Assembly: GCA_013388635.1 (NCBI GenBank)
Contig: JACAEX010000020.1
Coordinates: 5,826-69,825, forward strand
DNA: 64,000 nucleotides
Reading direction: 5' to 3'
Origin: Syntrophaceae bacterium
Lineage (GTDB): Bacteria > Desulfobacterota > BSN033 > UBA1163
The position numbers were made by a program, and so were the translations under genes. The notes under the pieces were generated by a model. It worked only from the letters and a program-made list of their open reading frames with translations. It was not told the DNA's origin and did no database searches. The first letter of the stretch is position 1; each line of letters starts with the position of its first letter. Positions 40,069-49,500 of the stretch are shown piece after piece.

Positions 40069-41441
40069 GACCTTCGATTCTTATTGTAGATGATGATGAG
40101 GTCCTGCGAGAGACCCTTTTTGATGTCTTTCGGAAGAAGGGTTACGAGGTTTTTTCTGCGGGAACGGGAGACGAAACCCTCACAGTCATAAGAAGGTATC
40201 TTGTCGATCTAATTCTTCTGGATATGCGACTCCCGGATGTGGACGGATTGGATATCTTGAAGAAGATTAAGGAGTTGGATACCGAGATTTTGGTCATTAT
40301 GATGACCGCCTACTCCGATGTCCAGAGCGCGGTGAAGGCGATGAAGTCAGGAGCTTACGACTACATCAACAAGCCCTTCGAATTAGAGGAATTGCAGCTG
40401 CTGGTTGAAAAGGGTCTGGAGACGAAGAGCCTGATCAACGAGGTGCGGAGACTCCATCGGCAACATCGGGTGGAGCACAGGGACAGCCATATTTACGGGG
40501 TGAGCCCGCAGATTCAATACGTGAGAGAAATGATCGAAATGATCAGCAAAACCAATAAGACCTCTGTCCTGATTCAGGGAGAGAGCGGAACGGGCAAAGA
40601 GCTGGCGGCCAATGCCATCCATTTCAGCAGCAAACGGAGCGCCAAACCTCTGATGAAGATTAATTGCAGCGCCATTCCCGATTCGTTATTGGAGTCGGAA
40701 CTCTTTGGATATGAGAAAGGTGCTTTTACCGACGCAAAGACCACGAAGAAGGGGCTTTTTGAACTGGCAGATGGAGGGACGGTCTTCCTGGACGAGATTG
40801 GAGAGATGAAGCCCTTTTTGCAGTCAAAGATACTAAGAGTTCTTGAAAATCAGACATTTATGAGAGTGGGCGGGGAAAGGGAGATCAAGGTCGATGTCCG
40901 AGCGATTGCAGCGACCAATCGGGACCTGGAGCAGATGGTCAGGGATGGGCTCTTTCGAAAGGATTTATACTACAGGTTAAAGGTGATGGTGGTTGAGATG
41001 CCACCTCTCCGTGAAAGAGTGGAGGATATTCTCCTTCTTGCGAAGTTGTTCGTCGAGGAGAACAATAAGGAATACAATAAGGATGTCAAAGGATTTTCCG
41101 AGGAGGCAAAGAAATTGCTGGTTCAGTACTCATGGCCAGGGAATGTAAGAGAATTGAAAAATGTGATTGAAAGAGCGATGATTTTGACTGATGGGGAGTA
41201 CATCACACCCAAACAGCTCCCGTTTGAATTAAAGCAAACCGAACCTAACTGTGCGGTGAAGGTGATTTCTGATCTCTCTGATCCAGTGCTTGGGATTTCC
41301 CTGGAGGATATGGAGAGAAGTCATATCTCAAATGTTCTCAAGAGGCTGGAATGGAATAAGTCGAAGGCATCGAAGGCCTTGGGGATTTCTCGAGCGACTT
41401 TGAGGGCAAAGATCAAAAGATACAGCCTTGATGCAATTTAG
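40065..41441 (+). CDS. sigma54-dependent NtrC-family response regulator
   Basis: REC, GESGTGKE, GAFTDA, WPGNVREL, HTH; ATG 40065 overlaps the kinase stop. Confidence 0.93.
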   Translation: MRPSILIVDDDEVLRETLFDVFRKKGYEVFSAGTGDETLTVIRRYLVDLILLDMRLPDVDGLDILKKIKELDTEILVIMMTAYSDVQSAVKAMKSGAYDYINKPFELEELQLLVEKGLETKSLINEVRRLHRQHRVEHRDSHIYGVSPQIQYVREMIEMISKTNKTSVLIQGESGTGKELAANAIHFSSKRSAKPLMKINCSAIPDSLLESELFGYEKGAFTDAKTTKKGLFELADGGTVFLDEIGEMKPFLQSKILRVLENQTFMRVGGEREIKVDVRAIAATNRDLEQMVRDGLFRKDLYYRLKVMVVEMPPLRERVEDILLLAKLFVEENNKEYNKDVKGFSEEAKKLLVQYSWPGNVRELKNVIERAMILTDGEYITPKQLPFELKQTEPNCAVKVISDLSDPVLGISLEDMERSHISNVLKRLEWNKSKASKALGISRATLRAKIKRYSLDAI

Positions 41442-41579
41442 TTTGAACTATTAAGTAGTTACAGCCAAAAAATAAAATGATTTATACATTTTAGATTAAT
41501 CTGTTTTGAAATTTTTGTAGATTTTTTAGTTGACTTTTATAAAATTTAAGGATGATTCTTTGGAAAGAGGAGATAAAAG

Positions 41580-42638
41580 ATGCTCTGGGGTAGAAAAAAG
41601 GACGTGATTGGTCTGGATATTGGGTCAAGTTCAATCAAACTTGTCGAACTGGCCCAGGGCAAGAGCGGGTATAGGTTACAAAATCTGGGAATCTCCCCCC
41701 TGCCGCCGGAGGCCATTGTTGACGGGGCTTTGATGGACTCGGTCACCATCATCGACACCATTCGGGAGCTGGTCAACACGACGAAAGTGAAGACCAAGGA
41801 TGTGGTGACATCTGTATCAGGCCACTCCGTCATCGTCAAAAAGATTACATTGCCCTTCATGACAGAGGCTGAATTGGAGGAATCGATCAAGTGGGAAGCA
41901 GAAAGGTACATTCCGTTTGATATCAACGACGTCAACATCGATTTCCAGATATTCGGTTCCAATGCAGAAAATCCCGAGATGATGGACGTCGTTCTAGTGG
42001 CTGCGAAAAAGGATATCATCAACGATTATGTCTCGGTGATTATGGAGGCCGGGCTCAACCCGGTGATCATCGATGTCGATGTTTTTGCGCTGGAGAATAT
42101 GTTGGCGATCAATTACGAGATCGCCAAAGACGAAGTGGTCGCCATTGCGAATGTCGGTGCGAGCACCACGAACATCAATATCCTCAAAAACAATGTCTCA
42201 GGTTTTACAAGGGACATCTTCAAAGGAGGGAATCAAATCACAGAAGATATCCAGAGGCAACTCCATGTGGACCACCAAGAGGCAGAAGAGATCAAGGTGG
42301 GCAGCAAGATGGATGTCGCCTCCCGAACGATCGTTCAGAATCTATTGAAGAAGGGCTCCGAATCATTGGCTGTCGAAATCCGAAACTCACTCGACTTCTA
42401 TCAATCGTCGACCACCTATGAAAAGATCAGCAAGTTACACCTGAGCGGGGGCGGATCGAGGATTAAGGATTTCGATCTCATCCTTCAGGAGGAAATCGGG
42501 ATTCCCGTTGAGGTCGTGGATCCTTTTAGAAAGATAGAGTGCAACGAGAAGAAGTTCGATCTCGAGTATTTAAAGGAGATCGGACCGGTCATGGCCGTGG
42601 GAGTCGGCCTCGCTTCAAGAAAGGTTGGAGATCGATGA
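41580..42638 (+). CDS. pilM: type IV pilus assembly protein PilM
   Basis: GLDIGSSSIK, EAERYIPF, VAAKK, LSGGGS, AVGVGLA. Confidence 0.95.
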   Translation: MLWGRKKDVIGLDIGSSSIKLVELAQGKSGYRLQNLGISPLPPEAIVDGALMDSVTIIDTIRELVNTTKVKTKDVVTSVSGHSVIVKKITLPFMTEAELEESIKWEAERYIPFDINDVNIDFQIFGSNAENPEMMDVVLVAAKKDIINDYVSVIMEAGLNPVIIDVDVFALENMLAINYEIAKDEVVAIANVGASTTNINILKNNVSGFTRDIFKGGNQITEDIQRQLHVDHQEAEEIKVGSKMDVASRTIVQNLLKKGSESLAVEIRNSLDFYQSSTTYEKISKLHLSGGGSRIKDFDLILQEEIGIPVEVVDPFRKIECNEKKFDLEYLKEIGPVMAVGVGLASRKVGDR

Positions 42639-43171
42639 TAAAGATCAATCTGCTTGCGATACGCAAGGAAAAGAAGAAGATCAAGATAAGAAAGGAGTTC
42701 CTCGTTCTCATTCCGGCTCTCGTCCTTGAGTTTGCCTTTATCGGCTTTATGGAATGGAAAATGGACAAAGAAAAGGCTGAGCTTTTGGAGAGTATATCGA
42801 AAGCTAAAAAAGAGAACGACTATTATAAGTCTTTGATGACGGAGGTCAAAAAGGCCAAGGAGTCGCAGAAGATCCTTCAGGACAAGCTAAACGTCATCAA
42901 TTCGTTGAGAAAGCAAAAGGCCGTGCCTGCCAGGGTATTGGACGAGATCAGCATGAACAAGCCGGATAAAATCCAACTGGATTCTCTGAAGAAGGAGGGA
43001 GCCAAATTGGGGATTGAAGGACTCGCTTTGGATGACGAAACCGTGGCCAATTTTATGACCAACCTTCGGAGATCAAAGGTCTTTAAATCGGTTGATCTGA
43101 TCGTCACCGAGCAGGTCGAGCAGAGCAAATTCAAGTTGAAGAAGTTCATCCTTTCATGCGAAATTTCATAG
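42635..43171 (+). CDS. pilN: type IV pilus assembly protein PilN
   Basis: MIKINLL motif, TM, coiled coil, EG.A...VANFM.NL. Confidence 0.92.
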   Translation: MIKINLLAIRKEKKKIKIRKEFLVLIPALVLEFAFIGFMEWKMDKEKAELLESISKAKKENDYYKSLMTEVKKAKESQKILQDKLNVINSLRKQKAVPARVLDEISMNKPDKIQLDSLKKEGAKLGIEGLALDDETVANFMTNLRRSKVFKSVDLIVTEQVEQSKFKLKKFILSCEIS

Positions 43172-43193
43172 ATCTCACTCAGGAGGAGACCCA

Positions 43194-43835
43194 ATGGCAC
43201 TTAAGGCAGATGCCATCTTTAAGCTTTCAACACCGAAGAAGGTCCTCCTGCTGGTCGCCCTCTTAGGGATGATCGCAGGTCTCTACCTCCATTTCTCCTT
43301 CAGTGGTCGGCGGGAGGAGATCAAGCTCTTGAAGGCGGACCTCGATAAGTTGATCAAGGAGCTGAACGGGAACAAAACGATCACCCGGGATCTTCAAAAA
43401 TTCAAGGAACAGCTTGCGAAGATGGACGAGGAACTGGCAAGGGCGGTCACCCAGCTCCCCAATGAAAAAGAGATTCCGGAGATACTGAAAAACATTGCCA
43501 GCCTCGGGAAGGAGTCGAATCTTGAATTTACCCTCTTCAGGCCCAAGGCCGAAGTCCCCCAACAGTTCTATGCGAAGGTTCCGATCGAGCTCACGGCATT
43601 AGGAAGTTATCATAATACTGGCATCTTCTTCGACAGGGTGAGCAAGCTTCCAAGAATTATTAATGTGATCGACTTCAATATGACCAGAGTAAAAGATGCG
43701 AAGGCAAAGGCGGGCGGTGAGATCTTAGTAAGGACCTCGTGTCTGGTCAACACCTACCGTTTCATAGAGAAGAAGAGCGTGGAGAAAGAAAAGAAAATTG
43801 AGCAGAAGAAAGGCGAGGAGAAGAAGCATGAGTAA
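43194..43835 (+). CDS. pilO: type IV pilus assembly protein PilO
   Basis: QLPNEKEIP, FYAKVPI, GSYH, LPRIIN. Confidence 0.93.
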   Translation: MALKADAIFKLSTPKKVLLLVALLGMIAGLYLHFSFSGRREEIKLLKADLDKLIKELNGNKTITRDLQKFKEQLAKMDEELARAVTQLPNEKEIPEILKNIASLGKESNLEFTLFRPKAEVPQQFYAKVPIELTALGSYHNTGIFFDRVSKLPRIINVIDFNMTRVKDAKAKAGGEILVRTSCLVNTYRFIEKKSVEKEKKIEQKKGEEKKHE

Positions 43836-44409
43836 AAATAGGTTCCTCTCAGGAAAGGAAAAGGGTTCTCAAGAGAATAGGACTCTCTACTCTCTGCTGT
43901 CTCTATGGGCCGTCTTTCTTTTCATGGTGGCCAGCTGCGGAGGAAGTTCTCCTCCTCCTGTTCAAAAGGCAAAACCTCTCGCGGTGGAGAAGAAGATGGC
44001 GGAAAGTGCAAAGGCACCTGAGAAGAAGGATCAGGAGGAGAAGAAGGAGCCCGAGTACGTTTACAACCCGGCAGGAAAACCGGATCCCTTTAAGCCATTT
44101 ATCCAATTGGAATCTGTAAAAGAGGTTGCCAAGACCGCTCCGCTTACCCCCTTGCAAAAATACGATGTCAGTCAATTGAAGTTGGTGGCTATTATTACGT
44201 CAGCGGAAGGGGGAATCGCTATGGTCGAAGATGCCACTGGCAAAGGATACTCTTTGCGAAAGGGGACGGGGATCGGGAAACATGACGGGAAGGTGAAGAA
44301 GATCCTTAAGGACAGGGTGATCATTGAAGAAGTGTATGAGGATACGCTTGGCCAGAAAAAAGTTCATGAGATTTCATTGTTTCTTCATAAAGAGGGAGGA
44401 GAGTCATGA
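43828..44409 (+). CDS. pilP: type IV pilus lipoprotein PilP
   Basis: Lipobox VASC, YNPAGKPDPF, PLQKYDVSQLKLVAII. Confidence 0.92.
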   Translation: MSKNRFLSGKEKGSQENRTLYSLLSLWAVFLFMVASCGGSSPPPVQKAKPLAVEKKMAESAKAPEKKDQEEKKEPEYVYNPAGKPDPFKPFIQLESVKEVAKTAPLTPLQKYDVSQLKLVAIITSAEGGIAMVEDATGKGYSLRKGTGIGKHDGKVKKILKDRVIIEEVYEDTLGQKKVHEISLFLHKEGGES

Positions 44410-47243
44410 GATCATATCGCCTGATTAAAACCATCTCTTTTCTCACCGGGTTGCTCTTGTTGAGTGGTTGCGCTGTAAGCAGACCTTCCATAGAGGCCCC
44501 AAGCCCAGGCACTCCAGATATCGCAACAAAGGCAGGAAGAGTTTCTGCCATCGAGGGGATAACTTTTACAGAGGAGGAGAATTTTACAAGGATTAAGATC
44601 TCGGGTTCTGAAACCCTCGAGGCCCCTTTCTATAAACTCTTGACCGACCCCCTCAGACTTATCATCGATCTTCCAAATGTCGACTTGAAACAGCTGAGGG
44701 ACCCGATCAAGATTGAAAATGGGACGGTCGGTGAGGTCACAGCCACTCAATTGGATGACAAGGGAAGGATCGAGATCGGTCTCCTTCAGATGACGAACTA
44801 CAATATCTCAAAGGAAGAGAAGGATCTGATCATCGATATCGAAAAAATCAAGGCGATTGCTGAGGCGAAGGAAGGAGAAAAGCCAGAGGAACCGGTGAAA
44901 GAGAAGGAAGCTGAGATCCCTCCTCCGGAGATGAAGAAAGAGGAGGCCGTGCAGGTTCAACCTGTTGAGACACCTCCAGTCCAAGAGGTGAGCAAGAAGG
45001 CGAAGAATATCCTCACCGTCTCACTGGATCAGAAGAAGGACTCCATTACGTTCCAGATCATCGCTGACGGAAGCATTGGCAACTACAATGCGTTCAAACT
45101 GGATTCCCCTTCGAGGTTGGTCCTTGACATCTGGGAGGTGGGCAGCCGCTATCCGAAAGATTTGATCAAAATTCAAAATCGGTTGATCAAACAGGTCCGA
45201 ATTGGACGCCACCCGGATAAGATGAGGTTCGTCTTCGATTCTCTCAAACCCCAACTCCCCCCTTACCAGATCAATCGGATGGATGATAAGCTGATGGTCT
45301 CATTCGGGAAGGTTCCGCAGCCATCAGAGCCCCAAATTTTAGTGCCCGAAAAGCCCAGCGTAGGGGTCCCGGCACCGAAGGCTCGGGTGAATGCCCCGAT
45401 CGAATTTAAACAGATGGATAATAAGTCAAGGATCGTCGTATCGCTGACAGAGGAGCCAAAATTTGAATCTCAGTTGATTTCAAAAGATGTGATCGCGGTC
45501 GATATCAAGAATGCATTCGTTCCCAGGCGCCTCCAGAGGGAATTGGATACGAGCGCATTCGACAGCGCTGTCAAGTCGGTCGAGCTCAAAAACATCAGGT
45601 CAGGAGAGGCAAGCGATGTCAGAATCTTGATCAGATTAAAAGAAGAGGTGCCGTTTGAAACCGCTCAGGAAGGGAAGTCGCTGCTTATTGACATCGAGAG
45701 GCCTAAGAAGGCCGAGGCCAAGATAGGGGCTCCCTCAGAGATCAAAAGGGAGGAAGTGTCGCAGGAGTCGAGGAAAGAGGAGCCCAAAGAAGAAGCGGTG
45801 AAGAAAGAAGGAGAGGTCAAGAAGGAGGTTAAGGAAGAGGTTAAGAAAGAGGAGGCCAAGCCTTCTCCTGAGGGAAAAAAGACCGAGAAGGGCACCCCCA
45901 GGGCTGAGGAGAAGCCTCTTTCAGTAATTCCGCCGGTGAAAAAAGCGGAAGAGGAGAAGAAGGTGATCGAAGAAGCCCCTTCGGAAAAGGTCTATACCGG
46001 CAGGAGGGTATCCCTCGATTTCAAAGATGCCGATATTAAGAATATCCTCCGGCTGATCGCAGAGGTGAGCAACTTCAATATCATCACAGGGGATGATGTT
46101 TCAGGAAAGATCACGATGCGATTGGTCGATGTCCCCTGGGATCAGGCTCTGGATGTGATCTTGCAGGCGAGATCTCTCGGAATGAAAAAGGTCGGAAATG
46201 TGATCCGGATCGCGCCCCTCGATACCCTGAAGAAGGAGATTCAGACAGAGCTCGAGGCAAGAAGGGCGAAGGAGAAGCTGGAGGATCTGATGACCGAGCT
46301 CATCCCGGTCAACTATGCCACGGCCAAGGAGATCCTGCCCCAGGTCAAGAGCATCCTGAGTGAGCGAGGGGACATCAAGGTCGATGATCGGACGAATATC
46401 TTAATCGTCAAGGATATTGCTCGAAATATCGCTGCCGCAAAGAGCCTGATCAAATCGCTGGATACGAAGACGCCCCAGGTTCTGATCGAGGCCAGGATCG
46501 TGGAGGCCACGCTGACGTTTCAGAGGGACCTTGGTATTTCGTGGGGATTTTTGGCAGAGAAGGGAACGGACAAGAGGAGGACCTACTCGGTCGGGGGAGG
46601 GACAGCAGGGGAGAGCACCCTGAGAGCGCCCTCGGGAACTGCTTCGGTTGACACTCGAAAATTCGTCGATCTACCTACGAGCACGGCAGCAGGTCTCCTT
46701 GAATTTCTTTTCACCTCCGATTATGGGCTAAAGAATCTCGATGTTGCCATATCGGCTTATGAGAGCAAGGGAGATGTTAAGGTGATCTCGAGCCCAAAGA
46801 TCGCTACACTCGATAACAAAGAGGCATCGGTCGAGCAGGGGCTGAGGATTCCATATACCAAACTGACCACAGAGGGGACTGTAACAGAGGAGTTTATCGA
46901 GGCCAATCTGAAATTGATAGTAACCCCTCATGTGACCAACGACGGCCACATCAAAATGAGTATCAAAGTCAAAAAGGATGAACCGAGCAAGGCATTTGTA
47001 AGCAAGAGTGATACCCCGAGCATCGATAAGAAAGAGGCGATCACCGAGGTGCTGGTCAAAGATAACGGAGTGGTGGCGATCGCTGGTATCTATACGATCA
47101 AAAACGATCGGGGAACCACGGGCGTCCCATTTCTAAGTAAGATTCCCGTGCTGGGCTGGCTCTTTAAGAAGGAATCGAAGACGAATGACACGAAGGATTT
47201 ATTGATTTTCATCTCACCCAAGATCTTTAAGGATCAGGTTTAA
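44406..47243 (+). CDS. pilQ: type IV pilus secretin PilQ with AMIN domains
   Basis: YTGRRVSLDFKDADI, VPWDQALD, QVLIEARIVE, GVPFLSKIPVLGWLFK; repeated AMIN-like segments. Confidence 0.95.
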   Translation: MRSYRLIKTISFLTGLLLLSGCAVSRPSIEAPSPGTPDIATKAGRVSAIEGITFTEEENFTRIKISGSETLEAPFYKLLTDPLRLIIDLPNVDLKQLRDPIKIENGTVGEVTATQLDDKGRIEIGLLQMTNYNISKEEKDLIIDIEKIKAIAEAKEGEKPEEPVKEKEAEIPPPEMKKEEAVQVQPVETPPVQEVSKKAKNILTVSLDQKKDSITFQIIADGSIGNYNAFKLDSPSRLVLDIWEVGSRYPKDLIKIQNRLIKQVRIGRHPDKMRFVFDSLKPQLPPYQINRMDDKLMVSFGKVPQPSEPQILVPEKPSVGVPAPKARVNAPIEFKQMDNKSRIVVSLTEEPKFESQLISKDVIAVDIKNAFVPRRLQRELDTSAFDSAVKSVELKNIRSGEASDVRILIRLKEEVPFETAQEGKSLLIDIERPKKAEAKIGAPSEIKREEVSQESRKEEPKEEAVKKEGEVKKEVKEEVKKEEAKPSPEGKKTEKGTPRAEEKPLSVIPPVKKAEEEKKVIEEAPSEKVYTGRRVSLDFKDADIKNILRLIAEVSNFNIITGDDVSGKITMRLVDVPWDQALDVILQARSLGMKKVGNVIRIAPLDTLKKEIQTELEARRAKEKLEDLMTELIPVNYATAKEILPQVKSILSERGDIKVDDRTNILIVKDIARNIAAAKSLIKSLDTKTPQVLIEARIVEATLTFQRDLGISWGFLAEKGTDKRRTYSVGGGTAGESTLRAPSGTASVDTRKFVDLPTSTAAGLLEFLFTSDYGLKNLDVAISAYESKGDVKVISSPKIATLDNKEASVEQGLRIPYTKLTTEGTVTEEFIEANLKLIVTPHVTNDGHIKMSIKVKKDEPSKAFVSKSDTPSIDKKEAITEVLVKDNGVVAIAGIYTIKNDRGTTGVPFLSKIPVLGWLFKKESKTNDTKDLLIFISPKIFKDQV

Positions 47244-47253
47244 GGAGATTCTG

Positions 47254-48180
47254 TCAAACGTTAAATAGGCCGGTCAACTTTTGAACACTGTCGATCTTAT
47301 TCTGGATAAGATATCGCCTTATCCCAGTGATCACGTCTGCGGCCGTTCTCGGATTGATTAAATTGGCCGTCCCGACCTGGACGGCCGCTGCTCCGGCAAG
47401 AATGAATTCGATTGCGTCCTCAGCCCTCATAATCCCTCCCATCCCGATCACAGGAATTTTCACTCTCTGACACACCTCCCAAACCATTCTGAGTGCAATC
47501 GGTTTAATCGCAGGGCCTGAGAGGCCTCCGATCATGTTTCCCAGTTCCGGCCTTCTTGACCGAATATTGATCGCCATCGCTCTGAGCGTATTAATCAGAG
47601 AGACCGCATCAGCTCCTCCTTCTTCGACACCTTGGGCGATGCAGGCGATGTCTGTGACATTGGGTGTCAGTTTCACGATCAGGGTCAATCTCGTCACCTT
47701 TCTGACTGCACGGACAAGCCGGTAGGCAATTTTTGGATCAGAGCCGAAGAGGATCCCACCCTGTTTGACATTGGGGCAGGAGATGTTCATCTCAAGACCT
47801 GAGATGCCCGGGACATCATCAAAACGCCTTGCCAGCTCAACATATTCCTGCTGGGTATTTCCAAAAAAGTTGATGATGAGATGCGTTTTAAGCTTCTGGT
47901 AATAGGGTAACTTATCCTTAATAAAATCACGAAAACCCGGGTTTTGAAGGCCGATCGAGTTCAGAATCCCTCCTTCTGTTTCAAAAATCCTCGGGGGAGG
48001 GTTCCCTTTCATGGGCTTCAGGGAGATCCCTTTGGGAATGATCGCTCCCAGCTGATTGAGGTCCAAGAATTCTTCATACTCTTCACCGAAACCGAATGTC
48101 CCGGAGGCTACGATCACTGGATTTTTTAGCCGGATCTTCCCGATCCTTACGGACAGGTCAGGGTTAGGAACGCTGCTCAT
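47254..48180 (-). CDS. pyrD: dihydroorotate dehydrogenase 1B catalytic subunit
   Basis: ASGTFG, NSIGLQNPG, NISCPNV, VKLTPN, GGLSGPAI. Confidence 0.95.
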   Translation of the reverse strand: MSSVPNPDLSVRIGKIRLKNPVIVASGTFGFGEEYEEFLDLNQLGAIIPKGISLKPMKGNPPPRIFETEGGILNSIGLQNPGFRDFIKDKLPYYQKLKTHLIINFFGNTQQEYVELARRFDDVPGISGLEMNISCPNVKQGGILFGSDPKIAYRLVRAVRKVTRLTLIVKLTPNVTDIACIAQGVEEGGADAVSLINTLRAMAINIRSRRPELGNMIGGLSGPAIKPIALRMVWEVCQRVKIPVIGMGGIMRAEDAIEFILAGAAAVQVGTANLINPRTAADVITGIRRYLIQNKIDSVQKLTGLFNV

Positions 48181-48182
48181 CC

Positions 48183-49001
48183 TTACTCCCAGACGATATC
48201 TCTTAAATTGAAGACCGGGCCTTCCTTACAGACTCTCTGGTAAGGTTTCTTGGGATCATTCGTTTTGACCACACACCCCCAGCAGGCCCCAAAACCGCAT
48301 CCCATTCGAGCCTCAAGGGAGATTTGGCAGAGGGCCTTTTGAGATTCTATCGCATTGGCCAGCGCCTTCAACATTTCAACCGGACCGCACGAATAGATGT
48401 ACTCGGGCTCAATCTTATTGTGGCCTTTCTGCCACGATAGAAAAAGGTCAATCACCGTCCCCTGATGCCCCTGGCTTCCGTCCTCTGTAGCGATAAGGAT
48501 CTTTGAGGCGCCTGCGTTCCTGAAATCCTCCTCGCACAGGATATCCTTCGCCGTTCTTCCTCCTATAAAAACAAACAACTTATGGCCTCGTGCAGCCTCT
48601 GCCAGGGAATAGAGTGTGACAATGCCAACGCCCCCACCCACCAAGATGATGTTCTTCGAAGAGGGGAAAGGAGGCAAGGAAAACCGATTTCCCAGAGGGC
48701 CGATCAGGTCGACCTTCTGCCCACTTCTGAACTCTGTCATCTTCTGGGTTCCCCTGCCCACCTTCTTATAAACGATGAGCAGAGACCCTCTCTTCCTTCT
48801 CTCCGGATGGTCTAAGCGGTAGCTCCTGTAAATACTGAAGGGTCGTCTTAGAAGAGGAGAGCGGTCCTTAGAGACCTTGAGCATGACGAATTGACCAGGT
48901 CTTACCTCTTCGGCAATGGGGGGGCAGTGGATCGTCAGAGCGAAGTAGAGGGACTTTATCCTCTGATTCCTCACGACAATCCCATCGGTCTGGAAGGTCA
49001 T
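48183..49001 (-). CDS. pyrK: dihydroorotate dehydrogenase electron transfer subunit
   Basis: RRPFSI, GPLGN, GGGVG, MGCGFGACWGC...VCKEGPVF. Confidence 0.93.
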   Translation of the reverse strand: MTFQTDGIVVRNQRIKSLYFALTIHCPPIAEEVRPGQFVMLKVSKDRSPLLRRPFSIYRSYRLDHPERRKRGSLLIVYKKVGRGTQKMTEFRSGQKVDLIGPLGNRFSLPPFPSSKNIILVGGGVGIVTLYSLAEAARGHKLFVFIGGRTAKDILCEEDFRNAGASKILIATEDGSQGHQGTVIDLFLSWQKGHNKIEPEYIYSCGPVEMLKALANAIESQKALCQISLEARMGCGFGACWGCVVKTNDPKKPYQRVCKEGPVFNLRDIVWE

Positions 49002-49008
49002 AAGGTTT

Positions 49009-49467
49009 TCATGCCTTTCTCACCATCAGAAGGGCGTCGGATCTTCCGTGATAAAATTTCTTTCTTATGGCCAGTGGTTCATAGGAAAAAGACTGATAGA
49101 GATGGACCGCGGCCCGATTTGAGGCATCGACCTCGAGATAAAAGGCCTTGATCTTCTTACTTTTACAGAATTCAGTATAAAAACGCATCAACCTTTTTCC
49201 GATTCCCTTTTGCCTGTATTGAGGGTGGACACAGATCTTTAGAAGCTCTGACTCCTCTCCCACGTTCCGAAAACATATAAAACCGATCACCCGCCCCCCA
49301 GGTCCTTCTTTCATATTTATAACGAAGCAGTGGGCCAGCGGGTTTTGCATTTCTTCGATAAACATCTTTTTTGACCACGGCACAGAGGAGGAGCTTTCCA
49401 TTTTCAGGACCTCATCCAGATCGTGCACATCCATCTTCTTGATGCTCAATCCTTCAAATCGCATCAC
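49009..49467 (-). CDS. rimI: ribosomal protein S18 alanine N-acetyltransferase (GNAT)
   Basis: PWS..F..E, V.P.YRQKGIG, LEVDASN.AA..LY, RKKFY, DALLM. Confidence 0.85.
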   Translation of the reverse strand: MMRFEGLSIKKMDVHDLDEVLKMESSSSVPWSKKMFIEEMQNPLAHCFVINMKEGPGGRVIGFICFRNVGEESELLKICVHPQYRQKGIGKRLMRFYTEFCKSKKIKAFYLEVDASNRAAVHLYQSFSYEPLAIRKKFYHGRSDALLMVRKA

Positions 49468-49500
49468 TGAATTGGATCAACGCTGATGACACGAAGAAAT

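Noticed and set aside
41442..41579. Defined promoter for pilM
   Set aside because: AT-rich with TTGACT at 41530 but no convincing -10 at proper spacing and no -24/-12 motif
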